Of a DNA stretch of 64,000 nt, positions 37,118-50,500 are shown one piece after another. Below the pieces are notes generated by a model. The model made no database searches, was not told the DNA's origin, and was given only the letters and a program-made list of their open reading frames with translations. The position numbers and the translations under genes are program-made. Origin of the DNA: Lingula anatina (taxonomy: Eukaryota; Animalia; Brachiopoda); the NCBI GenBank assembly GCA_051362555.1, contig CM120648.1, forward strand, positions 12,644,587 to 12,708,586, written 5' to 3'. Position 1 is the stretch's first letter, and each line of letters begins with the position of its first letter.

Positions 37118-37900
37118 GAGCGCGTCCATGAGAAAGCCAGACAGATCGGTCAGAAGGTGGCAAGGTGGGGGTCGGCAGATTTTAATAATTTTTGGTGTGG
37201 TAACCATCAACATGAAAGATATTGTGAGCCACTGGCTTTCTTATTTTGGATCATTAGTTTTAGAGATATGGGGGCAGATCTTTTATTGGCAATTTTGCCA
37301 AAATATAGCATTTTTTAGCTCTTGAAAAGTTATAATTTTAAATATTCTTTTAAAAAATCATGTACATCATAAGGAATTATTTAGGTAAGCCACATGATAG
37401 GTTAAGGAAAGACCTTTAATACCCAGTACAGATTTTTCGAAAGGGCACTGACATGGCCACACAAGGTTGATTATAATAAAGGATTGTTTTCCGTATGCTT
37501 GACCCCCCCCCCTTCTTTAAATGCACACAACTTCTTTTTTGCAGGTTGTATCCACATGATTTTGGTATGTGCTGATAGAAAAGGGTTGAAAAATAAATTT
37601 TGTGAAATAAAATCTGTGTTAAACCTTGTAAAATTAGAACTGTAACAATTTTAAAAAGGGCCTAAAAATGAATATTTTCATAATACTTAAATGCTAAACT
37701 GTTTCTTCAACTAAATTAATAAGTCAAAATCATGTATAGGTTTGTGAAAAGCCCTTAAAATGATCATGTTTGCCCTGCAGACAAACTTATGAAGCAAAAA
37801 TACATTTTTTAAAAATTTGTTTATGTTGTAGAAACTAAATGTAAAATAACAATGCTAACTCTGTGACCTATTTTCAACATGGCGGGTACTAGGATTATCA
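37118..37900. mobile_element. Probable non-autonomous DNA element beginning at a TTAA and truncating the Tx1 fragment; right boundary uncertain
   Basis: Tx1 coding similarity stops at TTAA 37114-37117 and is followed by unrelated repeat-like sequence. Confidence 0.35.
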
Positions 37901-38174
37901 CCGGAGCAACTGTGGAGCAAAGCACATCGTCTTTACAGTGTTAAAACATAATACTTTATTAACTTTATGAAGAACACGCACTAGAGATGCTTAGGATTAG
38001 TGTGCACCAGAATATAACAAGAAATGACCATAGCAGCTGTGCAGCCACTGCCAGCTGGTCGTCCTTAGAATGTGCATTTTTTTGTTGAACCGACTTCAGA
38101 CTGTTGTCAGGCTTGGGTTCCTCAATATATCCAGCTCATGGATTTAGCTCTGGATGTTTGTTGTAAGGTAAGTG

Positions 38175-38225
<51 letters not shown>

Positions 38226-38307
38226 AGACAAAGTCGGTTCTGCCACTATTTCAGGTACTGTCTTCTATGTAGTAATAACCTACCCTGTTGTTGGCCAGTG
38301 GTGGCAT

Positions 38308-38635
38308 ACCCTTAGCAAAATTTTAAAGCTTCCCGCACACTGTTTCTGCGGATGCGCAGCAGATTCACAGTAAGGGTTTCTGCGGATGTGCAGCACGCCT
38401 CATTTGCATGGTAAAATATGCACCTCCCGCACATTCCTTGCACATCTCCTGCACACTTCCTGCATACCCCTACACCCCAACCAGCACACTTCTTGCATAG
38501 CTCTTGCATACCTTCTGCGTACTTCTTGCATACCTCCTGCGTACGTCTTGCACACCTCCTGCGTACTTTTTGCACACCTCTTGAGCACTTCTTGCACACC
38601 TCCTGCGCTTTTTTTGCATACTTTCTTGCACACTA
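38308..38635. repeat. Degenerate 11/22-bp CCTGCACA-type tandem repeat, probably a transposon subterminal region
   Basis: Recurring (T/C)CTGCACAC / CTTGCATAC motifs after CCCTTAGCAAAA. Confidence 0.6.
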
Positions 38636-38898
38636 ATTTAAATATTTTATGGCACAATTTAAATTTATTCACTCGTTTTCAATCAGTTTATATTAATTCT
38701 ACAAAGACAGGTTCTGAGTTACATTTAAAGACGTGCCAACAGAAATATTGTTAAATCTGTTTATCAACAAAGAACAAGAAATTACAGTCATATATTGTGC
38801 TTAGCCCTGGAGTATCAAGAAAACTACCAGGTACATGTACCACTGTGAAAACCTCGTCTTCTCCCTCACGTGCCGTCACCGTTAATATCCGATATTAT

Positions 38899-41800
38899 CA
38901 AGGAGTTATAACAGAAGGAGATTACACGCGTGGGGGCGGAGCCCATATTACGGTCTCTCATTGGTCGGAATGAATAGAACCCAGAGAACAATGGATTCCT
39001 ATCTCTGTTACCCTTTCTGTTACTCTCGCTTAAATCTCGTTTGTCAGAATAGGTTCCTTCGTCTGTCGTTTGGAAAGAACACAAACAGAAACGCAGTCAA
39101 AAGTTTCTTAAAATGAGAGAATTTCAGAGTGCAGAGGATATAACGTTGGATAAGGTTTTCAAAAAACAGGTAAGTGCTTTTAAATGCATAACTACATGAA
39201 ATATGAAGATAAATTGCAACTTTTATGCCGTAGGGTCCCACTGTGTAAGTGTCCAGCTACACACTGATCTCGCGAGGTGGTGTGTGGAGAATAAATATTG
39301 CACGAAAAATATTTCCCACTCATAACAAGTTCTTATAAATATAGTATCAGATGAAGAAAGTTTGGTCTTTATACAGTACAGTTGCAATTGTGAAGTAATT
39401 AGTGGCAATAGCAAAGAATAAAACTTAGGTGCACTTTCAGTAGCCGAATAACAAGCAGATGCTTAAGCAGCAATCTTGTTTATGTTTCGAAAAAAAATAA
39501 CTCCAAAAGACATTTTCCTCCTACTTTTTGATACTTGTGTCACATGACAGTCATAATATTTAACTAACTGTTATGTGTGCAATACACTTTCTTGAGCAGT
39601 ATTGTTGATTTTTTCAATTTTATATGTGGTCTAGCTTGAATACGACAAGGGACAATTTTCACAAGTCCAGATCAAAAAGTGTTACGCTTGTTACGGCCAA
39701 AAGCCTAAACGTATTTTGTTCTTTTCAAATGCGTGATTATAAAATATTTTGGTGTGTTTAGATTCTTGAACATCTTGGTCGTGGCTTGGTATAAATTGCA
39801 TTGGTACTGCTCCAATATTTCTTGAAAGAAATAACCTGATTTGTTCAGAATACCAATTTTTTACTTTAGTGTTATGGGTAAAAGTACCATTTTTGCCTTT
39901 ACCTTTTCGTGTTTAAAACTAAAAAGACTTATCATGACAGTTGGTCATCATTTTACTTCTCGGCATGGTGGGTGGCTTTGGAGTGGTAACTTTGTTGTTA
40001 AAGTAAGGTGCTCAGTTATTTTGACTGGAAAAGTTTTGCCTCCACCCAGCATTTTCCATCATGGCGGTCTAACAGGAAGTTTGACCTCACAGTGTCTTTG
40101 GTATAGTTATTTTTAACTTATTTAGTCTTCTTTTTACATATATATGTTTTAATTCATATTTAACCTTTGAAAAAAGAACACACATGAATCCTGGTGCTTC
40201 TTAATTTAAAGTCTTAAGGTTTTAAGTTCACCTAGGCTCCACCAATTACTTTACCTGTTATCTCACTGCACATCTCCCTTTGAGTCAAGGTGTGTAAGAC
40301 ACACCTTATTGTGTAAGACACCTCTATAATTAAGGGGTACTTGCTTCTCCACTTTAATTATACTTCACTACTTTGGCAAGCTTGGATGTTTCAGTTCATT
40401 TTAAGAAAGAAGCTTTGCCTTGGTGGTTACAAAAGAATAGAAATCTATTAAGGTTTATTCATTACTTGAAAGTAAATATTTCATCTTGCAGTGTTGAAAC
40501 AGAAATTCTCTCAAAACTGATAATGAATTTGACATGCATATCTTAACAATACTCAAGTTTTTTTCTTCTATTATAGATATGGGAGAAGGCTGCATTGAAT
40601 ATATGAGTTATGGTCAGGCTGGAAAAAATTTAAAAATGTCAATGAAAAAAGGAGGTCAGTGTGTCTGGGGTAAGTTACTTTTGTCATAATGCCTACGATG
40701 CATTAAACATTCACCAACAACAGTACCCTTTTTAATTTTTTTTTCAAAATACAACAACCTTGGGCATTTCCTTTTAGCAACCAGCCTCTCTGAAATTCCC
40801 TTTTTGTCCTGTCAGAAGAGTAGGAACCAAGGCGGATTTAAATAATTTATTGTAATAAGTACAATTTCTTTCAATTCCTTGGGGTTATTAGCTTGTGATC
40901 ATGAAGTTTGATGTTCTATATAAATTTAGTTGTAAATTGTTCATTTATGTGGTGAACATTATTTCAGTCAAGTCATAACAAGACACATTAAACTTCACTG
41001 CATAATTCCATAATGTCTACATGGATATTTGTAGTTCATAATGCTATTATTATGTTGTTTTTTTTTTTTTCAAACCTACAGGTTCCTCTCTTTTCTGAGT
41101 GGCAGGGCATTGGCAAGGCAGAAGAAAAGGCCCTGAAGAAATTCTCACTTGAGTTGTCCTTTTTGAAGAAGAAACTGGATAAGACTGGCCAACAGAGATT
41201 GCATTAAATTAATAGTGCTCCTTCATGACATTTTAAAATATTTTGTCACCTAACTGACTCTATACATTTCAAAAGTGGACATAAATTTTATGTTACTGTC
41301 ACGTGGAAAAAAATTCAAAACCTATGTATAATTTGTTGAGTGCCATAGTATAACAGTCTACCTGATTGCCAGTAAAATTTGGACTGTTTCAGTGAAATTT
41401 CTTTAAAGCAGTCACTTACTGGCCCAGTTAATTTTTTCAGCTGTAACATGTACTCCAGTTCATTTTATAAATGTTCTTACTAAGTGTTGTCTTTATCTAT
41501 AATAACCTTTTGAAAATCCCATGTTTTTGATCCTATTTGTAAGAATTAGCCACTTTATCTTCTAGGATTTTTTTTTTTTCATTCGGCCCATTAGATTCTC
41601 AGACCTTGCTGGCCTGTGAGTGGAATAGTATCTGGTACAGATTGGTATCAGCAAGTCAGATAAAAAAGAATAAAATTATTTATATTTGCATGTTTGAAAA
41701 AAATGCCACATAGACAACATTAAACTGGAAAACTGTAGTAACTTAATCTTTCGTATGACTTCATTAATTACTGCTTATGTGTAAATTTTTTTGTTCTTCT

Positions 41801-44800
41801 ATTTATATAATAAAATGTTTTACTCACAGATGCTACTATCATGATGCTTGAGTAAAGAGTTGACTTAAAATTTTTAAAGTTAATATAGTAAATAATAGTT
41901 TGAAATTCAAAATTCTCATCTTTATTTGTTTAGAGCTCAGTTAATACTAAAATTTCTGATATATTTTGTATACAAATATATTTATGAATGAATAAAAATT
42001 ATTCTTAATGTTTAGCACTGTGTACTTGTTTACCGACAAATATGAACAGTGTTAGTATGTGTCAAAATAATCCTGAAAAAAAGGGAGATTTCCAAGATAA
42101 AGAAATTTATAACGAGTATTCAGTAAACTGACATGCCGTGGCATTGCCTCAACCTTTGATTAAAATTTCACTTTAATGCATTATGATATTAAAATTATAC
42201 CGAGTGAGAGAAAAAATACTTAAAGAAATTAAAAACCAGCCACAAAGCTTAGGCACTGTCACAATGTATATGTATATGTTTATGGGACCCAATGGCAGGA
42301 GGGTCCAAACGTTTATGTATTAATATTATGTCCTTTGGCAGTGAGGACAGACGTTCACTTGAATGTCATTTTCACAAACAACAGTTGGGACGTTTTCTTT
42401 CACTGGGTTGTGCCATAAAAAAGCCATCTATCACCGACTCAAAAAAGCTCATGGCGACCATCCTCAGTCACCACCTTATAACTGCTTTCTATGATATCGT
42501 TCCCTTCCAGCACATCGTCCAAATAATTACCTGTGAAAAAAATCGTCAGCATACATGGTCGCCATGAGTTTTTTCGAGTCGGTGATAGATGGCTTTTCTT
42601 TTGCACAACACAGTGAAAAATCACCAAGGATAAGTCAAAAGAAAACGTCCCAACTGTGGTTTGTGAAAATGACATTCAAGTGAACGTCTGTCCTCACTGC
42701 CAAAGAACATAATACTAATACGTAAACGTTTGGACCCTCCTGCCCTTGGGTCCCATAAACATATACATTGAGACAGTGCCTAAGCTTTGTGACTGCATGG
42801 TTTTAAATTTCTTTAAGTATTTTTTTCTCTCACTCGGTATAATTTTAATATCCTAATGCATTGAAGTGAAATTTTAATCAAAGGTTGAAGCAATGCCACG
42901 ACATGTCAATTTACTAAATACTCATTATAAATTTCTTTATCTTGGAAATCTCCCTTTTTTTTAGGATTATTTTGACACATACTAACACTTCATATTTGTC
43001 GGTAAACAAGTACACAGTGCTAAACATTATGAATATTCATTCATAAATATATTTATGTACAAAATATATCAGAAATTTTAGTATTAACTGAGCTTTTTAA
43101 AGTGAAACAAATAAAGATGAGAATTTTTAATTTCAAAGTATTATTTACTATATTCACTTAAAATATCTTTTAAGTCAACTCTATACTCAAGCATCATGAT
43201 AGTAGCATCTGTGAGTAAAACCATTTTATTATATCAATAGAAGAACAAAAACAAAATTTTACACATAAGCAGTAATTAATGAAGTCATAAGAATGATTAA
43301 GTTGCTATAGTTTTCCAGTTTTATGCAGTCTATGTTGGCATTTTTTTCAACCGAGCAAATAGAAATAATTATATTCTTTTTTATCTGACTTGCTGATACC
43401 AGTCTGTGCCAGATACTATTCCACTCACAGGCCAGCAAGGTCTGAGAATCTAATGGGCTGGGTGAAAAAAAAACCTAGAAGTTAAAGTGGCTAATTCTTA
43501 CAAATAGGATAAAAAACATGGGATTTTCAAAAGGTAATTATAAGTAAAGACAACACTTAGTAAGAACATTTATAAAATGAACTGGAGTACATGTTACAGC
43601 TGAAAAAATTAACTGCTTTAAAGAAATTTCACTGAAACAGTCCAAATTTTACTTGCAATCAATTAGACTGTTATACCATGGCACTCAACAAATTATATAT
43701 AGGTTTTGAATTTTTTTCCACGTGACAGTAACATAAAATTTATGTCAACTTTTGAAATGTATAGAATCAGTTAGGTGACTGAAAATATTTTAAAATGTCA
43801 TGAAGGAGCACTTTTAATTTAATGCAATCTCTGTTGGCCAGTCTTATCCAGTTTCTTCTCCAAAAAGGACAACTCAAGTGAGAATTTCTTCAGGACCTTT
43901 TCTTCTGCCTGCCAATGCCATGCCACTCAGAAAAGAGAGAAACCTGTAGGTTAGAAAAAAACAAACATCATAATAGTATAATGAACTACTAGTATCCATG
44001 TAGACATTATGGAATTACGCAGTGAAGTTTAATGTATCTTGTTATGACTTGACTGAAATAATGTTCACCACATAAATGAACAATTTACAACTAAATTTAT
44101 ATAGAATATCAAGATTCATGATCACAAGCTAATAACTCCAAGAAATTGAAAGAAATTGTACTTATTACAAGAAATTATTTAAATCCGCCCTGGTTCCTAC
44201 TCTTCTGACAGGACAAAAAGGGGATTTCAGAGAGGCCGGTTGCTAAAAGGAAAATGCCCAAGGTTGTTGTATTTTGAAAAAAATTAAAAAAAAAGGGTAC
44301 TGTTGTTAGTGAATGTTTAATGCATCGTAGGCATTATGAGAAAAGTAACTTACCCCAGACACGCTGACCTCCTTTTTTCATTGACATTTTTTAATTTTTT
44401 CCAGCCTGACCATAATTCATACATTCAATGCAGCCTTCTCCCATATCTATAATAGAAGGGAAAAAAACTTGAGCAGTGTTAAGATAAGCATGTAAAATTC
44501 ATTATCAATTTTGAGAGAATTTCTGTTTCAACACTGCAAGATGAAATATTTACTTTCAAGTAATGAATAAACCTTAATAGAGTTCTATTCTTTTGTAACC
44601 ACCAAGGCAAAGCTTCTTTCTTAAAATGAACTGAAACATCCAAGCTTGCCACCTAACATGCCAAAGTAGTGAAGTATAATTAAAGTAGAGAAGCAAGTAC
44701 CCTTAATTATAGAGGTGTCTTACACAATAAGGTGTGTCTTACACACCTTGACCCAAAGGGAGATGTGTAGTGAGATAACAGGTAGAGTAATTGGTGGAGC

Positions 44801-46115
44801 CTAGGTGAACTTAAAACCTTAAGACTTTAAATTAAGACAGCACCAGGATTCATGTGTGTTCTTTTTTCAAAGGTTTAATATGAATTAAAACATATATATG
44901 TAAAAGGAAGACTAAATAAGTTTAAAATAACTATACCAAAGATACTGGACCGCCATGATGGAAAATGCTGGGTGGAGGCAAAACTTTTCCAGTCAAAATA
45001 ACTGGGCACCTTACTTTAACAACAAAGTTACCACTCCAAAGCCACCCATCATGGTGAGAAGAAAAATGATGACCAACTGTCATGATAAGTCTTTTTAGTT
45101 TTAAACACGAAAAAGGTAAAGGCCAAAATGGTACATTTACCCATAACACTAGAGTAAAAAATTGGTATTCTGAACAAATCAGGTTATTTTTTTCAAGAAA
45201 TATTGGAGCAATACCCATGCAATATATACCACGCCACGACCAAGATGTTCAAGAATCTAAACACACCACAATTTTTATAATCTTGCATTTAAAAAGTACA
45301 AAAAGCGGTAAGGCTTTTGGCCGTAACAAGCGTAACACTTTTGATCGGAACTCATGAAAATTGTCAATTGTCGTATCCAAGCTAGACCACATGTAAAATC
45401 GCAAAAAAAAAACAATACTGCTCAAGCAAGTGTGTTGCACACATAACAATTAGTTAAATTTTATGACTGTCATGTGACACAAGTTTCCAAAAGTAGGAGG
45501 AAAATGTCTTTTGGAGTAATTTTTTTTCGAAATATTAACAAGATGGCGGCTTAAGCATCTGCTTGTTATTCGGCTACTGAAAGTGCACCTAAGTTTTATT
45601 CTTTGCTATTGCCACAAATTACTTAACAATTGCAACTGTATAAAGACCAAACTTTCTTCATCTGATACTATATTTATAGGCACTTGTTATGAGTGGGAAA
45701 TATTTTTCGTGCAATATTTATTCTCCACACACCACCTCGCGAGATCAACGTGTAGCGGGACACTTACACAGTGAGACCCTACGACATAAAAGTTGCAATT
45801 TATCTTCATATTTCGTGTAGTTATGCATTTAAAAGCACTTACCTGTTTTTTGAAAACCTTGTCCAACGTAATATCATATAAATTCTGTATTTCTCTCATT
45901 TTTTAGAAACTTGGGACTCCGTTTCTGTGTCTGTCCTCAAAAATCAACAGACGAAGGCACAGATACTAACAAACGAGATTTAAACGAGAGTAGCAATTAA
46001 GCGTAACAGAGATAGGCATCTATTGTTCTCTGGGTTCTATTCATTCCGACCAATGAGAGACCGTAATACGGGCTCCGCCCCCACGCGTGTAATCTCCTTC
46101 TGTTATAACTCCTTG
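38899..46115. mobile_element. 7.2-kb foldback element, P-superfamily (Galileo-like), non-autonomous
   Basis: Arms 38899-42461 and 42555-46115 with a 93-bp spacer. CAAGGAGTTATAAC...GTTATAACTCCTTG termini; 7-bp flanks ATATTAT/ATATAAT (one mismatch). Confidence 0.85.
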
Positions 46116-46465
46116 ATATAATCGACAAACAAGTAAATTATTGTCAGTTTCTATACTCTAAATTACAGTCAGTGTCAACTTTGATACAGGTTTTCTAATA
46201 AAGTTTTGATGTTCAACGTGAGTTTGTGTTTTATGGCTATTTACTGCTTGAGTATGGTCTACCTCCAATTTAAAACAGCGCCCTGTAAGGCCCGTCGTGC
46301 CCTCTCAGGTACTTGAAGTCGATAACAGAACAGATTACTTGAATACTTAATATATGTAGTAGAAATTGGTACTCATACAAGTGAAAGAAATTTCTACTTC
46401 TTCACAACCAGGATTCTAAATAAAAAAACTTGTAAAATAAAATAGACATGTAAAAGATATCTGTC

Positions 46466-46508
<43 letters not shown>

Positions 46509-46640
46509 TTCTTATATGGTGCCTTACGTGCTACCTCAAGGTGCCTTACAATAATAAAACTAAAATCATTAAAATCACAACAATATTTAAATCTGTAACA
46601 CTTGGAAACCATTTAAAATTAACACTACTAAAACATTATA

Positions 46641-46692
<52 letters not shown>

Positions 46693-47090
46693 ATATATAG
46701 ACAGATTTAAAAATGTGAGTTTTAAGAAGGGATTTAAAACTGTCAAAGTTGTCTGCTTTTCTTATTAAATTTGGTAAGGCGTTCCATAATTTGGGGGCAT
46801 AGATTATAAAAGCCCGATCTCCATAACTTTTGAAGCAACCCTTCTCTAAAATGGACTGTTCTAAAATAAGGTCATTCTCAGTATTAAAATGTGTGGACTG
46901 CCATGGTGAGTTAAAATAGATAGGATCAGATGAATATAATGGTCCTTGTGTATGTATCGCCTTAAAAATGATACAAAGTACTGTATATTCAATCATCTGC
47001 TTCACAGGCAGCCAGTTTTATCCTTTCAGAATGGGAGTGATATGGTGTGTACTATTGCACTTTATTTGACAAACCAGTCTTGCAGCTCAG
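46466..47090 (-). mobile_element. L2/CR1-type LINE 3' end, same family as 17185-17856
   Basis: YGDRAFIIYAPKLWNALPNLIRKADNFDSFKSLLKTHIF; internal (TA)n and terminal (ATT)n tail. Confidence 0.88.
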
Positions 47091-48119
47091 TTTTTCTCGG
47101 AAAGATATAGCAGTACATTAGATTTTCAGTCACAAAAAAATACTAAATGAGAAAACAAGATAGCATTACTTTACGATTTGCTTTATAAGCCTTGATAATC
47201 ATGCTAATTGTATTAAAGACTCACCTAATCAAGTCCTGCTTGGTATAATGCTCCCACAGTTTTGATATCATAAAGTCTGTGTTATCCATAAATTTTTCTC
47301 ATATTTCTTTACTGAAAACTAGCAGGTACGTGACCTAACTTTACTCTGAACATTAAAAATTGTAAATAGTAACTTAAATAGGGGAAATTATCATAATGAT
47401 CGATACTTTCTACCTGATTGTAACATGCCAAATTAGTCCTCAGTGCTGAGGCAGATGTTGGAATCGTCAAAATGTATGATCATGCATGATTCTCGGGACA
47501 AAAAGCATCAAATACTATCATGTTGAGGCACCCTTAACATTGATAACTGCTTTGCTTTGATATCACAACTTCTAACAGTGTAGCTGGTTACCAATGGACT
47601 TTACCTATACACCAAATTTTCTTACAAATAAGTTGTATACCAAAAGAAAATTAGCAAAATTAATAAATTATGAACATCTTAGGGCAAGGAGCATGAGAGA
47701 AAATATATATTGGTATTTTAAGTTTGTGACAAAAATGCTGAACACCATAATAAATATTCATATAATTTACTACTATGCAGAAAAGATGCCTCATTTCCTT
47801 CAAATAAGAAAGACTAAATACAAGTTTTATTTCACTGTGACTTGTTTACAATATATTCATATACAATTAAAAGAATCAAATAAAAATGTTAATTAATCTG
47901 GGGTGGGCACTGCTAAATCCACGCACATTATAGATAGTAGTTTATGATAATGATTAAGGGAATTTTTTTTCCTGGACAGTGGTAGAATGTCCACAAGAGA
48001 TTGAAACTGAAGCTGAGATCGGCAGGAGATATTTCTCAACTATAAGATGTCAACCAAAAGAATACCACCACATTGCTGTTATTGTATGACTCTGAAAGAT
48101 TAACACCCATTGTCCCATT

Positions 48120-49218
48120 GTGAAAATTCATCATTTAAAGTTTTTTTAAAGATCACAAAAATTTTTACCTGTGTGCTTTTGACTAAATCAAGTTATTTAT
48201 CAGGACACAAGTACAAATTTGTATTTTAATCCATTTTTAAAGCAGAAATAGGGAAATACGGAAAATTTGCTATTTGGTTGACGCCATCTTGGATTGTGAA
48301 TTTTAAATTTTGCATATTTTTTTTAAATGTTTGAAAAAAAGATTTTTTTAAATATTAACTCAAAACATTCACTTTTAATGTATGACAATATTAGGTGGCT
48401 TTGGCCAGTCTATGAAAAATGTATTTGAAAATGGCAAAATTTGGGCATTTTAGCTAAAATTTGAAATTTTGGAAATCTGCCATATTTAGAGTTGTTTTTT
48501 TTTTTTAATTTTTTAGGACTGTTTAAAATATTAAGTAATATGCTTTTGACTAAATTAAGATATAATATTTAGCAGGATACAGAAAAGAAATGTGTGTTTT
48601 TATCCATGCTTGTTTAGTTTAAAGCAGAAATAGGGACATTTTGTCATTTGATTGTCACCATCTTGGATTAAGAATTTTAAAATTTGAATAATTTTTTGAA
48701 AAATGTGTTTGAAAAAAAAAATTTTTTTGATTAAAACAGTTCCGTTTATGTACTTCCTTATGTTATGTATGTCGATAATAGGTGGCTTTGGCCAGTTTAT
48801 GAAAAATGTATTTGAAAATGGCATATTTGGGCACTTTACCAAAAGTTTGAATTTTTGAAAATTCCCCATTTTCAAAGTTATTTTTCTAACTTTTAAAGGC
48901 CACCAAAAACATTTATTTATATGTTTTTAATTCACATAGGATATGATATTTAACAATGTCTGAAAATGAAAAATGATTATTTATCCACATTTATGGTTTT
49001 TTTAGCTCAAATATAGCTGAAATTGAAATATTGCAATCTGGGTTCCGCCATCTTTGGTGAAAATTTTTAAGTACTGTTACCATGGCAACCGAGGTTGATT
49101 CAAACAAACCAATATCCATTATGTTGGTTTGGGGCTATAATGAACAAATACACCAATTTTCATCAAAATCTGAGAGGGTCATGTGCCACCCTATTCTGAA
49201 CCTTTCAGAGACTGGTAC
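48120..49218. mobile_element. Probable non-autonomous DNA element with an internal ~380-bp degenerate direct repeat, ending at TTAA
   Basis: 48240-48480 resembles 48620-48870; CCATCTTGGAT motifs; ends GGTAC|TTAA. Confidence 0.45.
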
Positions 49219-49267
49219 TTAAGTCTTAAAAGAAAAAAAAGAACCATTCTCTCTTCTTCTACTCCAG

Positions 49268-49500
49268 GCCACCACCTCCCAGTCATGGACAACATCCTAA
49301 GTATTGGATAAGTCTGACAATTAACTATCGTGAAGAAATGGCATGGCAGAGCCCCGGAGGAATGACACCACTAACATACAGCAACATGTGCCCTACTTGT
49401 GTTCACACTAGTAACTGTTTCTACTTAGATAGCAGTGTCTCCTTCCAGTGGATAAGGGGTGACTGTTATCAAAATATCTTTTATATATGTGAAAAAACAG
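49268..49500 (+). CDS. Exon: C-type lectin-like domain, C-terminal half
   Basis: Pyrimidine tract plus CAG at 49267; phase 2 to 1, matching its neighbours. KYWISLT...MAWQS...LTYSNM...NCFYL...FQWIRGDCYQNIFYICEK. Donor GTGGGG is weak. Confidence 0.88.
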
Positions 49501-49560
49501 GTGGGGTTCAAATTGAAATTTGATTATTATTTGTAATATATTAAAATTTTCATCCATTTT

Positions 49561-50500
49561 ATGTACAGACACAGATGTGTCTGTACATATAGCCATCACC
49601 TGCGTCTGTCGTTGCCGTCGTCGCCGTCGTCGTGCACTTTTACCGATAACACGATAAGTGGAAAATCGTTTTTCTTTTGGCTTGAAACTTACAGAACTAA
49701 CTTACACTTTTTTCAGCATTTATGTGGCACCGATAACACGATAAGTGGAAAACCGTTTTACCTTTTGACTTGAAACTTATAGAACTGATGAATATTCATA
49801 ATATGCAGGTCAAGTTCGAAAATCAGCATGATTGGGCCATTTATATGGAAGTTATTCTGTTTTTTTCACTTTTTTCAGCATTTATGGAACACTGATAACA
49901 CATTATTTGAAAAACCATTTTACCTTTTGGCTTGAAACTTACAGAACTGATAAATATTCATAATACACAGGTCAAGTTCGAAAATCAGCATGATAGGAAC
50001 ATTTTTATGGAGGTTATGCTGTTTTTTCACTTTTTTTCAGCATATATGCAACCCTGATAACACAATAAGTGAAAAACCACTTTACTTTTTGGCTTGAAAC
50101 TTACAGAACTGATGAATATCTATAATATGCAAGTCAAGTTCGAAAATTGGCATGATTAGGGCATTTTTATAAAAGTTTTGCTGTTTTTTTACTTTTTTCA
50201 GCATATATGCAACCCTGATAACACAATAAGTGAAAAACCACTTTACTTTTCGGCTTGAAACTTACAGAACTGATGAATATCTATAATACGCAAGTCAAGT
50301 TCGAAAATTGGCATGATCAGGGCATTTTTATAAAAGTTTTGCTGTTTTTTCACTTTTTTCAGCATATATGCAACACCTATAACACATTTTAAATCGATTG
50401 GCCAATTGTCTTGAAATTCACAGTAGTGATCATTGTTACTGAAATACAGATTAAGTTTTGAAAATAAGCTTGATCAGTTAAAGTTTGGTGAAGTTATGCC
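49561..50500 (+). mobile_element. Helentron/DINE-1-like element with a ~161-bp tandem array
   Basis: T-run, 13-bp-stem hairpin, (GTC)n, units at ~49735, 49897, 50058, 50219 and 50380. Confidence 0.7.

Noticed and set aside
38312-38754. Overlapping Cys/His-rich ORFs
   Set aside because: Translation of a low-complexity 11/22-bp repeat.
38899-46115. Assembly fold-back artefact
   Set aside because: The arms carry many differences, have defined termini with a near-TSD, and unique sequence resumes on both sides.
37118-49218. One large TTAA element spanning both TTAA boundaries
   Set aside because: The two ends match only weakly, and Tx1 sequence does not resume after 49222.
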